63,742 bases of DNA, taken from positions 22,503,815 to 22,567,556 of the forward strand of contig NC_068998.1 of NCBI RefSeq assembly GCF_001194135.2. Reading direction: 5' to 3'. Under the pieces are notes generated by a model. That model was not told where the DNA came from. It did not search any database and saw only the letters and a program-made list of their open reading frames with translations. Source of the stretch: Octopus bimaculoides (taxonomy: Eukaryota). Positions within the stretch are counted from its first letter, which is position 1; each line of letters begins with the position of its first letter. Shown in pieces: positions 1 to 13,701 of the stretch. Position numbers and translations under genes: made by a program.

Positions 1-106
1 GACACATTGAAGGACACGCATGCGTAGACACATACAATAGGAATACAAAATACAAAATGGCTGATAGTTAGCAAGGTGAGACACACATAAGAAAGAAGGA
101 AACAAA

Positions 107-151
107 GGACCACTGATGAGGTCACAGAAGTGTGACGAAAGAACTCTGGCC
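107..151 (+). ncRNA. Minimal type-I hammerhead ribozyme-like motif (Penelope-type)
   Basis: GGACCA-CTGATGA-G-GTCACA(GAAG)TGTGAC-GAAA-GAAC-TC-TGGCC. It has the core CUGAUGA, a perfect 6-bp stem II, GAAA, a 2-bp stem III with a CUC triplet, and stem I GACCA/TGGCC with one mismatch. Confidence 0.55.
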
Positions 152-2679
152 GAAATAAGATTAAGATTAATGTAATATAAAGCTGAAGCAAATTAACACC
201 AAATATACAGTGCGTGTGTTTTTATTGGCTAAACTGGCAATATGACCATCCCCAAGTACAACAACATCTGTTTCAACACACGATTTCACATCAAAAATCT
301 TGCAAAACAAATATATATATATATATACATGTACATATATAAATATATGTGTACCTATACAAATATATTAAGATGTAATTTCATACGTATATTCATTTTT
401 TGCAGGTTTATTAATCATTGCATATATATATATACGTATATTCAAGTATCCACTTTCCTATTTATCTACTTATCTATCTATCAATCTAAATGTAAATTGA
501 AGTGTGCGTGTGTGTGAATGTGTGCAATTGTATGCGTGTGAATATGTACTGTTGATAATATTTATATATAGTGTATTTTCATAGATAAATATAACAAGCA
601 ATTTATGTGCTAGATAAAAAAGGAATGGTCTATTTGTTGACTGATATCTATAAAAATATACATAATAAACGGCTATAAATCACTGAAGTACAGATCAACA
701 TTGAAGTATATCTAAGTAAAATCAAAATAATTGTTCTATGAAAAATAATCTTTGCCATTAACTGATAAGAGCGATGTTCAAACTCAGCTTATCACCAATG
801 ATAAGTCTACAGTAGGAAATTACCAACAAATAGTAGCAAATTGCTTATTTGATGTATATATGTGTGTGCCTTTGTGTACCTGCCTTAACTTGTACACTAA
901 CATCTGTATGATTGTGTTTAAATCATATATGAAATTTAAATACACTTCAAATGCAGTAACGCAGTCTTAATATTATTAAGTATAAATTCACTTAATGAAG
1001 TATTTATACGGTTTCAGAACTCTCATCAATAACTCTTCTGCTCTGTATCTTTTGAGTTCAGTGTAAACTTCTACTGTCAAAAGCAAGAAAATACGTTTGG
1101 GGGAGAGGCAATGAACAGGTATCTTATGATCTGGAGTTAAATAAATTTCAGATATTCTTTAGTTGTGAAATTACCTGTTTACCAAACTAAGCGAGGGTTA
1201 TTTTACTTCGAATTGTAATATTTCCCTCCATAGGCGTACCTTTTTCCTAATTTCAACAGCCATTAATATTTAGCGAATAGAGAAAACATTTGAGCTTAAA
1301 ATATTGCTGTAGTAATTTCTAGAAGAAACCAGATATTTTCAACTCTTAAACTCATAAAGTAAATGGAATTTCTCCTAGACTATTATTCTACGCGCGACTA
1401 AACATTATACAGAGAGCTTGTTTCATCAACGGTGTGTATTCATTGTGCGAAATGACATTTCATCCTCAGCCTGTACATTGAGGATATGTATTTAATTGAA
1501 CATTTTCACGCACTATTGTAAAAAATATTAAATGAAAATATGTATAGAATCTACACGAAATTCATGACACATTTGTTAACTTAATTTACTCAAGTAAATT
1601 AATTTACACCATATTGTTTACTATTAATTTTCAGAAAGGATATCATCAGCATTGATATCAATTTGAATTTAGAGCTTTTTTCGTTTTATGTGATTCTATA
1701 TTAAAGAAAAATGATTAGTCTTTATAAAATACACACGAAAAAACAAAGATCATATATTTTTCATAATGAAAGCCGGTTGCAATTGCTGTTTTTTTTTTAA
1801 ATGGAATTTAATAGTTTAGTAAAAGGGTTCCGTTGCAGTAGCTTTAGACACTTTATTCGCTTGTCTTTATATTTCTCTGCCCAAATTCTTGTCACATCCT
1901 CACTGTGACGCTTAATAATGAGTACGTAACGTATGTGACTACATGTGACTACATGTTTGTTATAGAGATCTAAAACAAAGTTTAGGCAGAAAAGACCATC
2001 GAATATTTGGAAAATATATCACCATTGCAAATATAACAGTTTTGATATCAAACACAAAAAAATCATCAACAGTATAAAAGAATCCACAACCGGTAAGTAG
2101 CTTTATAAACAACGCTTTCAAAGTACAATAATATTCGTTTCAATACATAGTTGTAGATTCAAATATTTTCAAAACAAATTCAATAGCATATTTTCTGCTA
2201 AATATTTATATATGTACGTCTGCTGCCGTGTGTTTGGCCTCTGGTATGTAATTCAGCGCCTGCTGGTATTTGCAACTGGGCATTCAAGCTTTCTTCATTG
2301 AAACGTATACACTGGTGTTGTAAATATTGAAATATGATTTTTTGAATTAATCTGTCTCTCAGTTATTTCTAAATAAATATTACAATACTCTTGTGCATTG
2401 TGCTACAATCCATTCTGAATATGAGAAAACGTGTGTAGAATATGCGTAAGAGCACACGTGACATTAGATAAATATACTAATCAATGTGACACAGAATGTC
2501 TAGCACTGATGTTAACTCTTCTAAAATGCAAACTGTTATTTTCTGAAAGTAGACAAAACACAAAAAATTGATGCTAAATCAACGCGTTATTTTAATACAA
2601 TTTGATTTTACCATCTATCTCTCATTTTCACTGCACACTCACACACACACATACACACACACACACACAAATTCACAGA

Positions 2680-2968
2680 TGCGCATGCGCGCGCGGACTC
2701 CCACACATACAAATAAACACGTGCGTATATGACGGATTCGTTCGTCGTGAGCGACAAATGAGGTTTCAGTGCAATAAAGCAGTACGAATGATCTATGGAC
2801 GTAAATGCTCATCTTAAAGTCTGCTGGCGTCTTCAAAAATTGTTGGTAAAAGGAACAAGTTGAGGAGTCAGTTTGCTCGAGTGCTTGTGGATCATTTACT
2901 ACGTGTATTCTAGAGTGTACGGCAAGACCAGCTTTGCTGCATACCACAAAACCACAAAATCAAGTAAG
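2680..2968 (+). promoter_or_regulatory. Candidate promoter / non-coding first exon
   Basis: TGCGCATGCGCG (NRF1-type palindrome) at 2680-2691, a CpG-retaining stretch, and a strong donor-like CAA|GTAAG at 2963/2964. There is no long ORF. Confidence 0.25.
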
Positions 2969-3466
2969 ATTTTCATTTAGAGGTGCGGCGTTTTACCAGC
3001 GTCCTTTTATTCTTGCAGCACGCATGTACACATACATCTTTTGCATAAAATATACAAATACACAGGCATTCTATAGAGTCACACACACACACACTTTAAG
3101 CACTAAAAGAGAGACACACAGACGTGCTCACATCACTCGAGAAACACATTTACTTTTACACACAAACGTTTGAAGATGCACAGACTCACACACAATAGTC
3201 TCAGACACATATACACGCGCCCATACGCATGCCCACACACAAATACACGAAACGTACATCACTAAACAAAATGCACACACTAGATTACTTTTACACACAC
3301 ATGCTCCCATACACACATGCTGCCATACACACGTGTTCCCATACACACATACTTCCATACACACACAGTGTCCCACATAATTTTAAGCTCGCCTTCACAA
3401 AAATTAACAAGCGCTCGCACCTATTTACACACACATACTCACACTCACTTTTCTTACATAGATACA

Positions 3467-3700
3467 CGCCTAAAGTAGGCCTGCGCACCCTACTTTAGGC
3501 GGATCACGGTTGTTATCTCCCTTTCACTCAGCCTCTTCCGGTTATTCCATCATATTTTACCAGTTTCTGTTCTTGATCTCTCTCCATTTTTTCCCTACCA
3601 ATCCTTTCTGTGGAAGAGCATAGGCTCGAAACATCAAAGACTGTTCCATTCTTCCCGAGTATCAGACTAATACATTTGTTTATTGTTCTCTAGCGTATGT
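3467..3700 (+). mobile_element. Penelope-like terminal-repeat remnant with 13-bp hairpin and decayed hammerhead motif
   Basis: Inverted repeat CGCCTAAAGTAGG/CCTACTTTAGGCG (3467-3501), then CCTTT-CTGTGGA-A-GAGC(ATAG)GCTC-GAAA-CATC-AAAGA (3603-3640). Confidence 0.4.
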
Positions 3701-6700
3701 TTTTCTTTTATTTTTTGTAAATTTGTACTATAGATGTATATATATATAACACAAACGCTCTCACGGTAAAGAATATATACAAAAAATATTAATAAAAGAA
3801 TATAAATTGAACAGGCTTTATTTCTTATACAGTAAAACCTGTTCAATCCATCTTCTGGCATTAACTTTTTTTATATATACAGCACAGATATATACGGATT
3901 TCTGCTTGTATACACAGTAGCAGAAAACATTCTGCTGTATGGTTGTATTTCATAACCGATACCCGTAAAAATCTCTAGATTGGTCGCTATAGGCTTGTTA
4001 CCCAGACTATATTCATATATGGGTGTGTGCGTATGTGTGTGTGTGTGGGTGTGTGTGAGACAGAGCTTTTGTGTGTACAGTGTGTGTGTATTTGAAAGCT
4101 TCATGATCATCTGATTTTTGTGGAAGGATAGCGCGCATATAATGGGTAAAGTGGGTAACATTTTATATATCGCAATCTTACACATACACACTTGGATTAC
4201 TCATACACACGCATATATTTTACATATATATACATGTTAACATGCACGCTCGAACAACTACATAACAAATACACATCTGTATGTACACATTGTCACTGTA
4301 TATGAACAATTCATTCTGTTTATATATATATATATATAAGCTTCTACGTATTGCACCTTAATTGATATATTCTTAAATGCATTAATGCATCAATATATTA
4401 GCTGTATCCATGTAATTCCATCAGAGTACTCTAGTGCATGCTTTCATATGTTTCCTCTATAAATATTGATTTGAGAAATGATTGTAGATATATCTGCCGA
4501 AATGGCCTAATGCGCAAATCCCATTAACAACTACATGCTAAAAGACAGCATAAATCTTAGTCTGAATGAACGCAATGTCAAACTAACAGCTGAAAGTGTG
4601 TAAACTCATATCATGTTAAGTGATTATAGGGATGCCAGTGGTCAAGCGATTTAAATCTTGCAGGTAAATCAATTTAGATTCTAAATCAATATTAAATAAT
4701 ATCACAGTTTATTTGGAATCAGCAGGTATGCTATGTGCTGCTATTTCACGCACGCCACTGGTGGTATCTGGAAATTTTACTTCTATCATCGGAGAAGAGC
4801 TCTTGTTTGTGATAGACTGCTACTCTTTACCTAGTTTCATCTTGACCACTGCAGCCATGCTGGGAGAACCGACATTACTTATATATCGATATATAAATAT
4901 GCATATATTTTAAATCGCTAACCTTCAATATATCAGCTATGATATAAGAAGTGGATGCACTTCTTGAATGATAATATACATAAAAAATAATATGCACGTG
5001 TTAAATGATAATATGCATAAAAAGATTAAAAACTAACAAATAGAAAAGAATAACAGGAAATACGAGCATTTTTTCGAAAAACCTATGAAAAGTTGTGTGA
5101 CTTTAATCACTAAATTTACTTCTATTTTCTGTGTTAAAATTTGGCCGTAACAAACCAGTGTTGGTAAGGAACATATTATTAGTATGTGTTTGTCCCTAAA
5201 AATTTTGATAGTGCCCTGTAGAAAGAAGGCACACAGTTCTAGTAATTTCTAATTTGTGCATTTTATGGAAGAATACAAATTGTATGCTGGCGCCTGCTTC
5301 TATCATGGAAACATACATCTATATATAAATTATACATCTATATATACAGTAAAGATTTTATCTCGTATTCATTGAGGTGCACAGAGATACAATAAAAAGG
5401 CTCTTCATTATCCTAACATGCATTTGTCGTAGCAAAGTTAAATAATTTCAAACTGTGAGGTAATTAATATCTCCACAGCTAATGAAATATTCCTCGAAAA
5501 CGACTTACAAAACAAATTTATTAATCGAAGGCAGATACTATCACATGTTGATAATACAAAGCTTAAGTGTACAGCAATCATATATGCTTGATAATTATTC
5601 GTTAAAACAGCGAACGAAATATCCAGTTTAATGCAAAAGACCTCGTTATTGATGGCATAATAGCTTGCGTATTGAATAATCCAACTAAGCTAGCACTTAT
5701 TGCGACATTTGTTTATGGATAATGAAATATGCAAAGAAATGATGAAAATGGAAATGTTCCCTGAGTATACGTCAGGTATTAAATGTGGAACATTATAGTA
5801 AATAAATAGCCTTTTTATCAAAATAATATATGTGAAAACCGTAAACTAACTGAGCAGGTTTTGTAAATCTGCTTGCAAACGTCAGTAGAATTGTAAAAGT
5901 TATACCATGTAAAGAGCTTTAAGTATCGCAAAAATGTGATAAAGTGTGTAAAACGAAGAGAATTCTTAAGTGTGCATGATGTGAATAAACGGAAAACCAA
6001 AAACAGAAAACTTCAGTATCTTTTGTGTTGTTATGCCTATTATGCAAGAGAACGTGTATACAACGGTGTTGGTGGTTCTGTTATTGAATGACTTGAAGAA
6101 TTATTAAAAGAGCTATATAAATCTATATTTTTTAGAACTTTTTCTCTTCACATTTCCCTCCACATTAGATACATTCGATCTTCTTTACAGATTTCTGTTC
6201 ATATATAACATAGTTGATCAACAGTTTATAGCAATCTGACAAGGTATTTCATACTTGATCCTATAAAACACATTTGAGGGTGAACGCATAAAAAGTAACA
6301 GCAAGAAACAATGACTGCTGTGCAAATTCTTGAGAATTTACTGTATCCGCAATCAGTTATCGAACACCATTATCTGAAAACCCTGAATAGATTTCCACAG
6401 GATTTATACGATTGATATCATTTGAATGTTCTTCAGAATACAGAGAGTGTATCGAAAATGTAAGTTTAGACAGCCTGAATTTGTAAAGGTTTAAATGGGC
6501 TGATTTCTACGAATTTGAGATGCAAATCATTGCGTTTCAAGAAAAGTTCTTTCCGACAATACAATGAGATATCAGGACATAAATACAAAGAAACGAAAGC
6601 GATGCACTCGTGAGTGCTTAAGAGGAAAATGTTCTTAACCTCTATTACGAAAATGTTGCCCGAATAATCAAACTGTAGTGGTATTAAGAATACATTCACC

Positions 6701-8476
6701 AAAAAATTCATGCGAACAATTGTTTTCGGTAATTACAGATAGCGCATTATTCTAATTACAACACAGCTTTACTCAGGAATCCGTTGCTCATTGCAAGGTT
6801 CACAAAACAAATAGTATCTTCATATCGAAGAATCTGGAACATGTGGCACAGGAGCCAAAGAACTAACGACTCAGTAACAGTAAATTACATTTTTAGTCAT
6901 TTCCTTAGAAATAATGACAGTTACTTTTGATGCAAAATAATTTATAAATGAATGTATTTTCTCATTGTTTCCATATACAACATTAAAATACTGATAATAT
7001 TTTAATGCTGCATATAAATTAAATAAATGCCTATAAATGCCTGTTATTTTTCATTTACCTTTAAGAATTGTTTTAAAATGTTTCCAAAAATGCCTTAGTT
7101 TGTGTTATTCTTTTTTTTTGTTCATTTGTATTGTGCTAATATAAAAAAAAAATGTAATGACCTAGGCTGCCCGGAAATAATCTATTATCAATATTATTTA
7201 CTCTTTAATTTTACTTCTAGGAAAATACTTGTTAAATTAACTGTTTGGAAAGCTCTCGCTTCCAAACATTTCAGGATTTAAAATGGTCTAAACACATTAG
7301 TTTAAGAATGTTCTTAAGTATTTTCTTTTCTATCGCTACATAAAATAATTTGTTACTTGCTGTTATAACTGAAGTGATAACCTGTAACTTAAGGATTTTA
7401 TGTTCATATGAAAAATAATTTCTAGAAAATATTTCATACATGGCATGCATTCCCGAGACTTTTCAGCACAACACCTCTGAATTTGGCTCTCATTATAGGC
7501 CAATCGTGTACCTTAATAATGTCAATATCCTGATTTACACATGTCACAAAAGTTATACGCAAATCTTTTAGCTTGAAAATGCAAACTTACTGATTTACAC
7601 ATGTCACAAAAATGTCATTCTGATCACCATGTCACTTATTCACTATAAACTTACGTTTCTCAGTGTGAATGCTCGTGCCTCATGTTCATCGTAAATTAAT
7701 TACCTCCAGGTTCTTTTTCTATTATGAACGCTTAGCACCCGCAAGTCCTGCTTGTTTCTGCGTCGTACAATACCATCATACTATTCGCAAATTAATACGT
7801 TATTTCTAAGCATATTTGATGATTTAAAACTAGACACACTTTTTACCAAACGAAAGTATATAATCAAGTGATTTATGGGAGTACCCTTACAATCATGCTG
7901 ATTTTATGAGCAGTTGCTGGTTATCACATACATGGACCATATTACATAACATTGAATACATAAATACAGAAAAACACCGGTAAAAGGTGGATCCATCAAC
8001 TGGAAAATGTGCAGTTATATTTTGAATGCAGTTATACTTCTTTACCATTGAAAACGCTGTACAATTGAAAACGCTGTACAATTGAAAATGCTCGCTGTTC
8101 ACACAGTGTAGTAGATTGCACAGTGACGTTTTGTGAAGATTGACATAATTTGCGCAATATAATTTACATAAACATTAGTATGACTCCTTTAGTTTGTGAA
8201 CTTTTGGCATGTCACGAAATTTATTATGCAGCTATACTTCATATTTTATTATTAAAACAAAGCGGGTGTGCATAATTAAGTATGTTTGTGGGCTGTTAAG
8301 TATTGCTTGTTTACCTTTTTCAGCATTTCTGAAAGTGAATGTAAAAAGTAATTAATCTTGTGCTGAATAAATTCCAGAAAGTTTCTCATTTCCTTTAGAG
8401 ATATGCATTGATTAACTGACATAAGCATAAGTACTCACATTCCTCTTCAAGCACATCAACGCAAACACACATACGT

Positions 8477-8477
<1 letters not shown>

Positions 8478-8561
<84 letters not shown>
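8478..8561. repeat. (AT)n microsatellite
   Basis: Pure AT run seen directly. Confidence 0.95.
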
Positions 8562-8565
<4 letters not shown>

Positions 8566-9054
8566 TACACAAAAGCCTAGACATACTAACACGCACTCAG
8601 CCATACACGCAGACACACTGACTTATATATACTCCTTACTTAGTTACATTCAGAAACATCATAAAAAACTAGCCCCTGTACGTCCACGTAAATCGTAGGA
8701 CGTCTGAAATACTCCCAAGTTCAGATCTTTCTTTCACTAGTCTATCCTCAAATAATTAAACGAAGTTGTAACAGCATCACGCTCAGAAACGTTGGATCTG
8801 AATACATCAAAATCAATGAGTACTTCATTTTCCTACAGACACAGCAAGTAATAATACATAGGCGGGTGTACACACAAATGTATTCATATGTCAGGTAATG
8901 CTGAGTAAGTGCTTTGGACAGACCAGGTTCGGTGATTATGCGAATGAGGAGTTCAACGCAGGTTATATATCAGCATGTGCATATATATATAAAAAGTTTT
9001 CAGAATGAGATAAAAATCGAAGGCTATGAAAGGTTGTACAACATTTATAAATAG

Positions 9055-9102
9055 GTCTTACAGCTGTTTTCGGGATATTTTATATATCCCTTCATCGGAG
9101 AC
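9055..9102 (-). ncRNA. Minimal hammerhead-like motif in a dispersed repeat (family copy 1)
   Basis: Minus strand reads GTCT-CCGATGA-A-GGGATAT(ATAAA)ATATCCC-GAAAA-CAGCTG-TA-AGAC, giving a 7-bp stem II, palindromic stem III and stem I GTCT/AGAC. It is homologous to 19745-19792. Confidence 0.5.
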
Positions 9103-9731
9103 GGTGTGAGAAAATGGTTAAGTAATATTTAGTCTAGATTAGATATGAAAGAGAGAGTGAAGGGTAAGAATGAAATACATGTGAGATATGTAGTGATATT
9201 GCATCTGTTGATGCATTATTTAGGGAGAATGCTATACATAAATGATTCCAGTATCATTCTGCCTAAATAATGGATTTACAAGTGCATTATCCCTACATAT
9301 CTCACATCTATTTTCATTCGTACACCTCTTCTAATAAATGGGTAGATATTAATTTCAAATTAGTCTATCAATAGGTAAAATAACACTAAATTATATTATA
9401 TATGAATAGGTAAAATGCCACCCAAATATTGGAGGATATTATATGAATATTATACAGTGAAATGTTACCTTACAATATGTATATAGTTTATAATACTTAG
9501 AGAAAACATATCTCACTAAGTGAACACAATATCGAATTTCTGAGAAATTTGTCGTATGCAGCTTTACATTGCCATATTTAGATATATTACTGATAATAAT
9601 CGACTATATATGGAACTGAAATCTACTTGCTGTGCTAGCACCAATCAGATTATATAGAAATTATCTAGTAAATAATCACATAATAGTCAATAATGTCTTC
9701 TACGAATGTTATTGAGAATGTATTGATACAT

Positions 9732-9887
9732 AGCAACCAGGTAGCTTCTGGCACAGGGGTACTACAATGCACCTTGACCAAGTATTTTCTACTGTAGCCC
9801 CAGGTCAACTATTGCCTTGTGATATTTTCGTACGTTAACGTCTTTTCTGTGTGTAGATATATACATGTCCGTATTATTATATATAAG

Positions 9888-9980
<93 letters not shown>

Positions 9981-10228
9981 ACGTGTGTGTGCGTGCGTGC
10001 GCGTGTGTGTAATCATACATGCTTTTGTTTCACGCTAGATTTTTAACCGGTGATTTGTTTATGAACTTGTAGGCTTTTAGTTTGGCATTAGATACCGGTA
10101 TATTCCAGGACTGGAAGCGATGAACATCAGTACTACTAGGGTCGATCTTGCAAATGAAGAACTGCATGATGGTGCCCCAACATGTCTGTAGTCGAATTGC
10201 TGAAACAAGTAAAAAATAAAGAATAAGA
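9732..10228 (+). mobile_element. tRNA-derived (CORE-type) SINE with internal (TG)n
   Basis: GCACCTTGACCAAGTATTTTCTACTGTAGCC body, (TG)n at 9891-9977, and a 3' tail GGGTCGAT...GATGGTGCCCCAACATG...CTGAAACAAGTAAAA matching other copies in the window. Confidence 0.65.
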
Positions 10229-10649
10229 ATGAAAAAAATGTTTTCCTTCAGTAAAGATGAGATTCCTTTATGATTAACGTCATAGACCAGAACGTTTTAA
10301 TAACTGACACATTTATTTTATATTTAATATATCTATCAAGTTTAAGTAGCAGAGATCCATATTATTGTCGATTTTCGTGACAGTCTATTATAGTACAAAA
10401 TATATCGTAAAAGAATAATAAATATGAGTTTGATAATAAATGATCATAGGATATCGATCATAAGGTTTCAAGTCGTATCTTCATATCACTTCTATTATTT
10501 CAGAGATTTGAAACAAGAGATTCAGATAATTATTGGAACTAAATTAGTTGAATTGCTTTTGTAATATAACACTTTATAACGAAAATATACAATGTTTGGT
10601 AGATTTCCTGTTTTGTATGCTTTCATAACAATTTAACAGAAGTTTATTG

Positions 10650-10836
10650 TACACACACACACACACACACACAGACACACACAGACACACACACACAGAC
10701 AGACACGCACACATACACACACACAGACAAACACACACAGACACACACACATACACACACAGGCACGCACACAAACAAACACACGCACACGCACACGCAC
10801 ACACACACACACACATACACACACACACACACACAC
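10650..10836. repeat. (CA)n-rich compound microsatellite
   Basis: Seen directly. Confidence 0.95.
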
Positions 10837-11079
10837 AAATGTATATATGTAAATGTATTGGACCGATTTTCTCGTGCAGTGGACATGTTTGGTCTCAATA
10901 TCAACACTTGTAGAAAATGTCGAAAAGTTTTTGAACACTTCAAACACTTTCGAAACGTTTTGAACATTACTCTACCAGCTCAATCCCAAATTCTTCTACT
11001 AGATCAAACGAGCCCGATCCAGTGACGGTATTCGGAGATCCCGAATATACACTGAGGCCCTTAAATATATAGTCAGAGC

Positions 11080-11468
11080 AGTGAATTGTATTAAGTTTCC
11101 TCACCTTGAAGTGGCGCGTCGATTACAGTCGGTCACAAAAGCTTTTGGGACTCTCAGGAAGCATGTATAGAGCTGCCAGAATAGTTTCCAGAAAAAAGAA
11201 GTAAAAGTGTTGCAATGCCCACTTGCTTCCTCTATCCCACAGAATGCATGACCCTCTACCGCAGGCTGAGTCCAACTTTGTCATCTGAGCTTCATTCTGC
11301 GTATCGGATGGCAGGATCACATTCCTGATGTTCGATTCCTTGCTGGCATAGTTAATGTGGAGGGCATCGCAACATCATCGCAGTTACACTGGGCGACACA
11401 TATTTTGTAATACGGCACGTACCAAAAGTTATTTTCTATACTGAGTTTCATCACGGCAGGCGAGCCGT
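11080..11468 (+). mobile_element. RTE-clade LINE fragment (RT C-terminal region), decayed
   Basis: Frameshifted translation EVARRLQSVTKAFGTLRKH...MTLYRR...ILRIGWQDHIPDV...SQLHW...PKVIFYTEFHHGRR matches the RTE pattern KAFGxLRK..WTLYRR..WQDxIP..QLRW..LLYGELxxGKR. Confidence 0.75.
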
Positions 11469-11469
11469 G

Positions 11470-11790
11470 ATGGCCAGATGTTGCGAAATAATGAAAGCAT
11501 CATGAAAATTCAGAGACTGATCTTGGAGGAGCGTCACCGAACAATTGACGAACTTGTTGATATGACTGGTGTCGCTTGGAGCTCCTGCAAACGAATTTTG
11601 AGCAAGGAATTGTGAATGAAGATGGCTGCAGCAAAATGTGTGCCTCACTTGCTCACAGAAGTTCAAAAGCAGTCACGACTGAATGCGTGTTGTGAACTGG
11701 AAGATAAGTTGGAAGTTTATCCGGAGAATTTTTAGGTTATCACTAGTAACGAAAACATGGTGCAACGAAATTTGCAGGTGTAGAAGAAGT
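11470..11790 (+). mobile_element. Mariner transposase fragment
   Basis: KIQRLILEERHRTIDELVDMTGVAWSSCKRILSKEL*MKMAAAKCVPHLLTEVQKQSRL...VITSNE contains the HTH, a WVPHxL-like motif and the first catalytic (TGDE-like) region. Confidence 0.8.
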
Positions 11791-13149
11791 GAACAGAAAT
11801 ATAACGACAGATGCCCTCAGCATAGCCGCAAGTTTTATACCAATATTATAAAGCAATATTTTTCAACGGATGTTTCCATAGTCTTCCATGATTCCGTTGT
11901 TGCTCTCTCCTTGAATATAGTGTCGAGAGTATTTTTAAAAAAAACTGAGGAAGAGATACGTCAATCTTGGAACACGCCATAAATATCGGTGGGTGTGTAT
12001 ATCTCTTAGAATTCATTCCAAAGATACATTCAAAATGACAGCAACAATAATTGTTGCTGTTGGCATTAATATGTTTGTTTCTGCGCACGCTCGAGTTTAG
12101 GCATGCTGTCTAAAGAAAAGAGAAATTTTCGTTGCAGTAGCCAGTTCACTTTCTAATAAATAGTTATTTGTTAATTTGTATTAGAACAGAACCAAACAGA
12201 TGTTATAGTACTTCTTCTCATTCCTTTGCAAACTCTTGTATCAAGTAATTTTACTTTTCTATTTACTTAAATTTCAAATCATTTTCATCCGAATCTTTCA
12301 ATAAAAATTTATCATAACTTGGAACGAAAGCTCTGTGCGGCTTTGCCATTGGGAGATACTATGTCAACAAAGGGTACCGAAAGATATTTAATAAAAAATG
12401 ATTAAGATCCGAGGAGGAAACAAATATCAAACATAAAAAGAAAATACGAAAATAACCGTTGGTAATGATTACTCTTGAAGGAAAATGCATTGTAAATAGA
12501 AACAAAACCGAAGGATGTTACCACAGAAAGTGTGCAAGATATCATTGTATCAAATGCCAGATTTTCAAAGAAAATATTATGAAAATATAATTAAAAACAG
12601 TTTAGGGATCTTATGTAATTTGTTTGTATGTTAAACATTAACATTAAAAAGTTTGTCTTGCTGTATTTGCCGTTCTGTTGCTAATGCCTTTGCTATAAAA
12701 ACGTGTGGAAACGGAAACAACTGCCAGTTAAATCAACATTGACGTTATTCGATATTGAAAGAAAGTTTAGGAAAAGGGAGCAAAATAAAACCGAGAAGTG
12801 AATAAAAAAGAAACTCCTGTTGAAAACTTCACAGGATAGAAAGAAAATATTAATATAATGTTAGAAAGAAAAGACTATATGAATTTTTTATGAGATTATA
12901 GAAAAATTATTAAAAAACTGTGTGCTCTCACTACAAAGAAATATTTTGGCAACTTATCTTTAGAAGATATATGTGAAATAGTGTTCTCAAACACATATAC
13001 TACAACTTTAAAAAAAAAACACGCAAATAACCAACACAAATTCACATACCTATGAAAACTGTTTGTACACCAAAGCTGTCTATCTATCTATCAATCGACT
13101 TCTCTCTCCCTCACAACTCTCTTTGTGTCTCTCAGTGTCTCTCTTTCTA

Positions 13150-13205
<56 letters not shown>

Positions 13206-13570
13206 TCTCTCTGTATATATATANNNNNNNNNNNNNNNNNNNNNNNNNNNNNNNNNNNNNNNNNNNNNNNNNNNNNNNNNNNNNNNNNNNNNNNNNNNNN
13301 NNNNNNNNNNNNNNNNNNNNNNNNNNNNNNNNNNNNNNNNNNNNNNNNNNNNNNNNNNNNNNNNNNNNNNNNNNNNNNNNNNNNNNNNNNNNNNNNNNNN
13401 NGACTATCCATCCAGTCTATATGTCTCATATGCCTGCATTTATACATGAAATAGGAGCGATAGATGCATATATAATTGCATTTGCAATACTTACATAATT
13501 AAATATACGTGTTTGCCTATATATATGTATGTACGTTTGTATCTCTCTCTCTATCTTTCTCTCCCCCCCC

Positions 13571-13623
<53 letters not shown>

Positions 13624-13665
13624 TCCGCGCACGCGCACGCACACATTTCCACATGTATGTGCGTC

Positions 13666-13701
<36 letters not shown>

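Noticed and set aside
7690-7765. Minus-strand peptide NKQDLRVLSVHNRKRTW resembling the ARF GTPase NKQD motif
   Set aside because: The five-residue match has no other G-box motifs nearby and the frame closes immediately, so it is probably chance.
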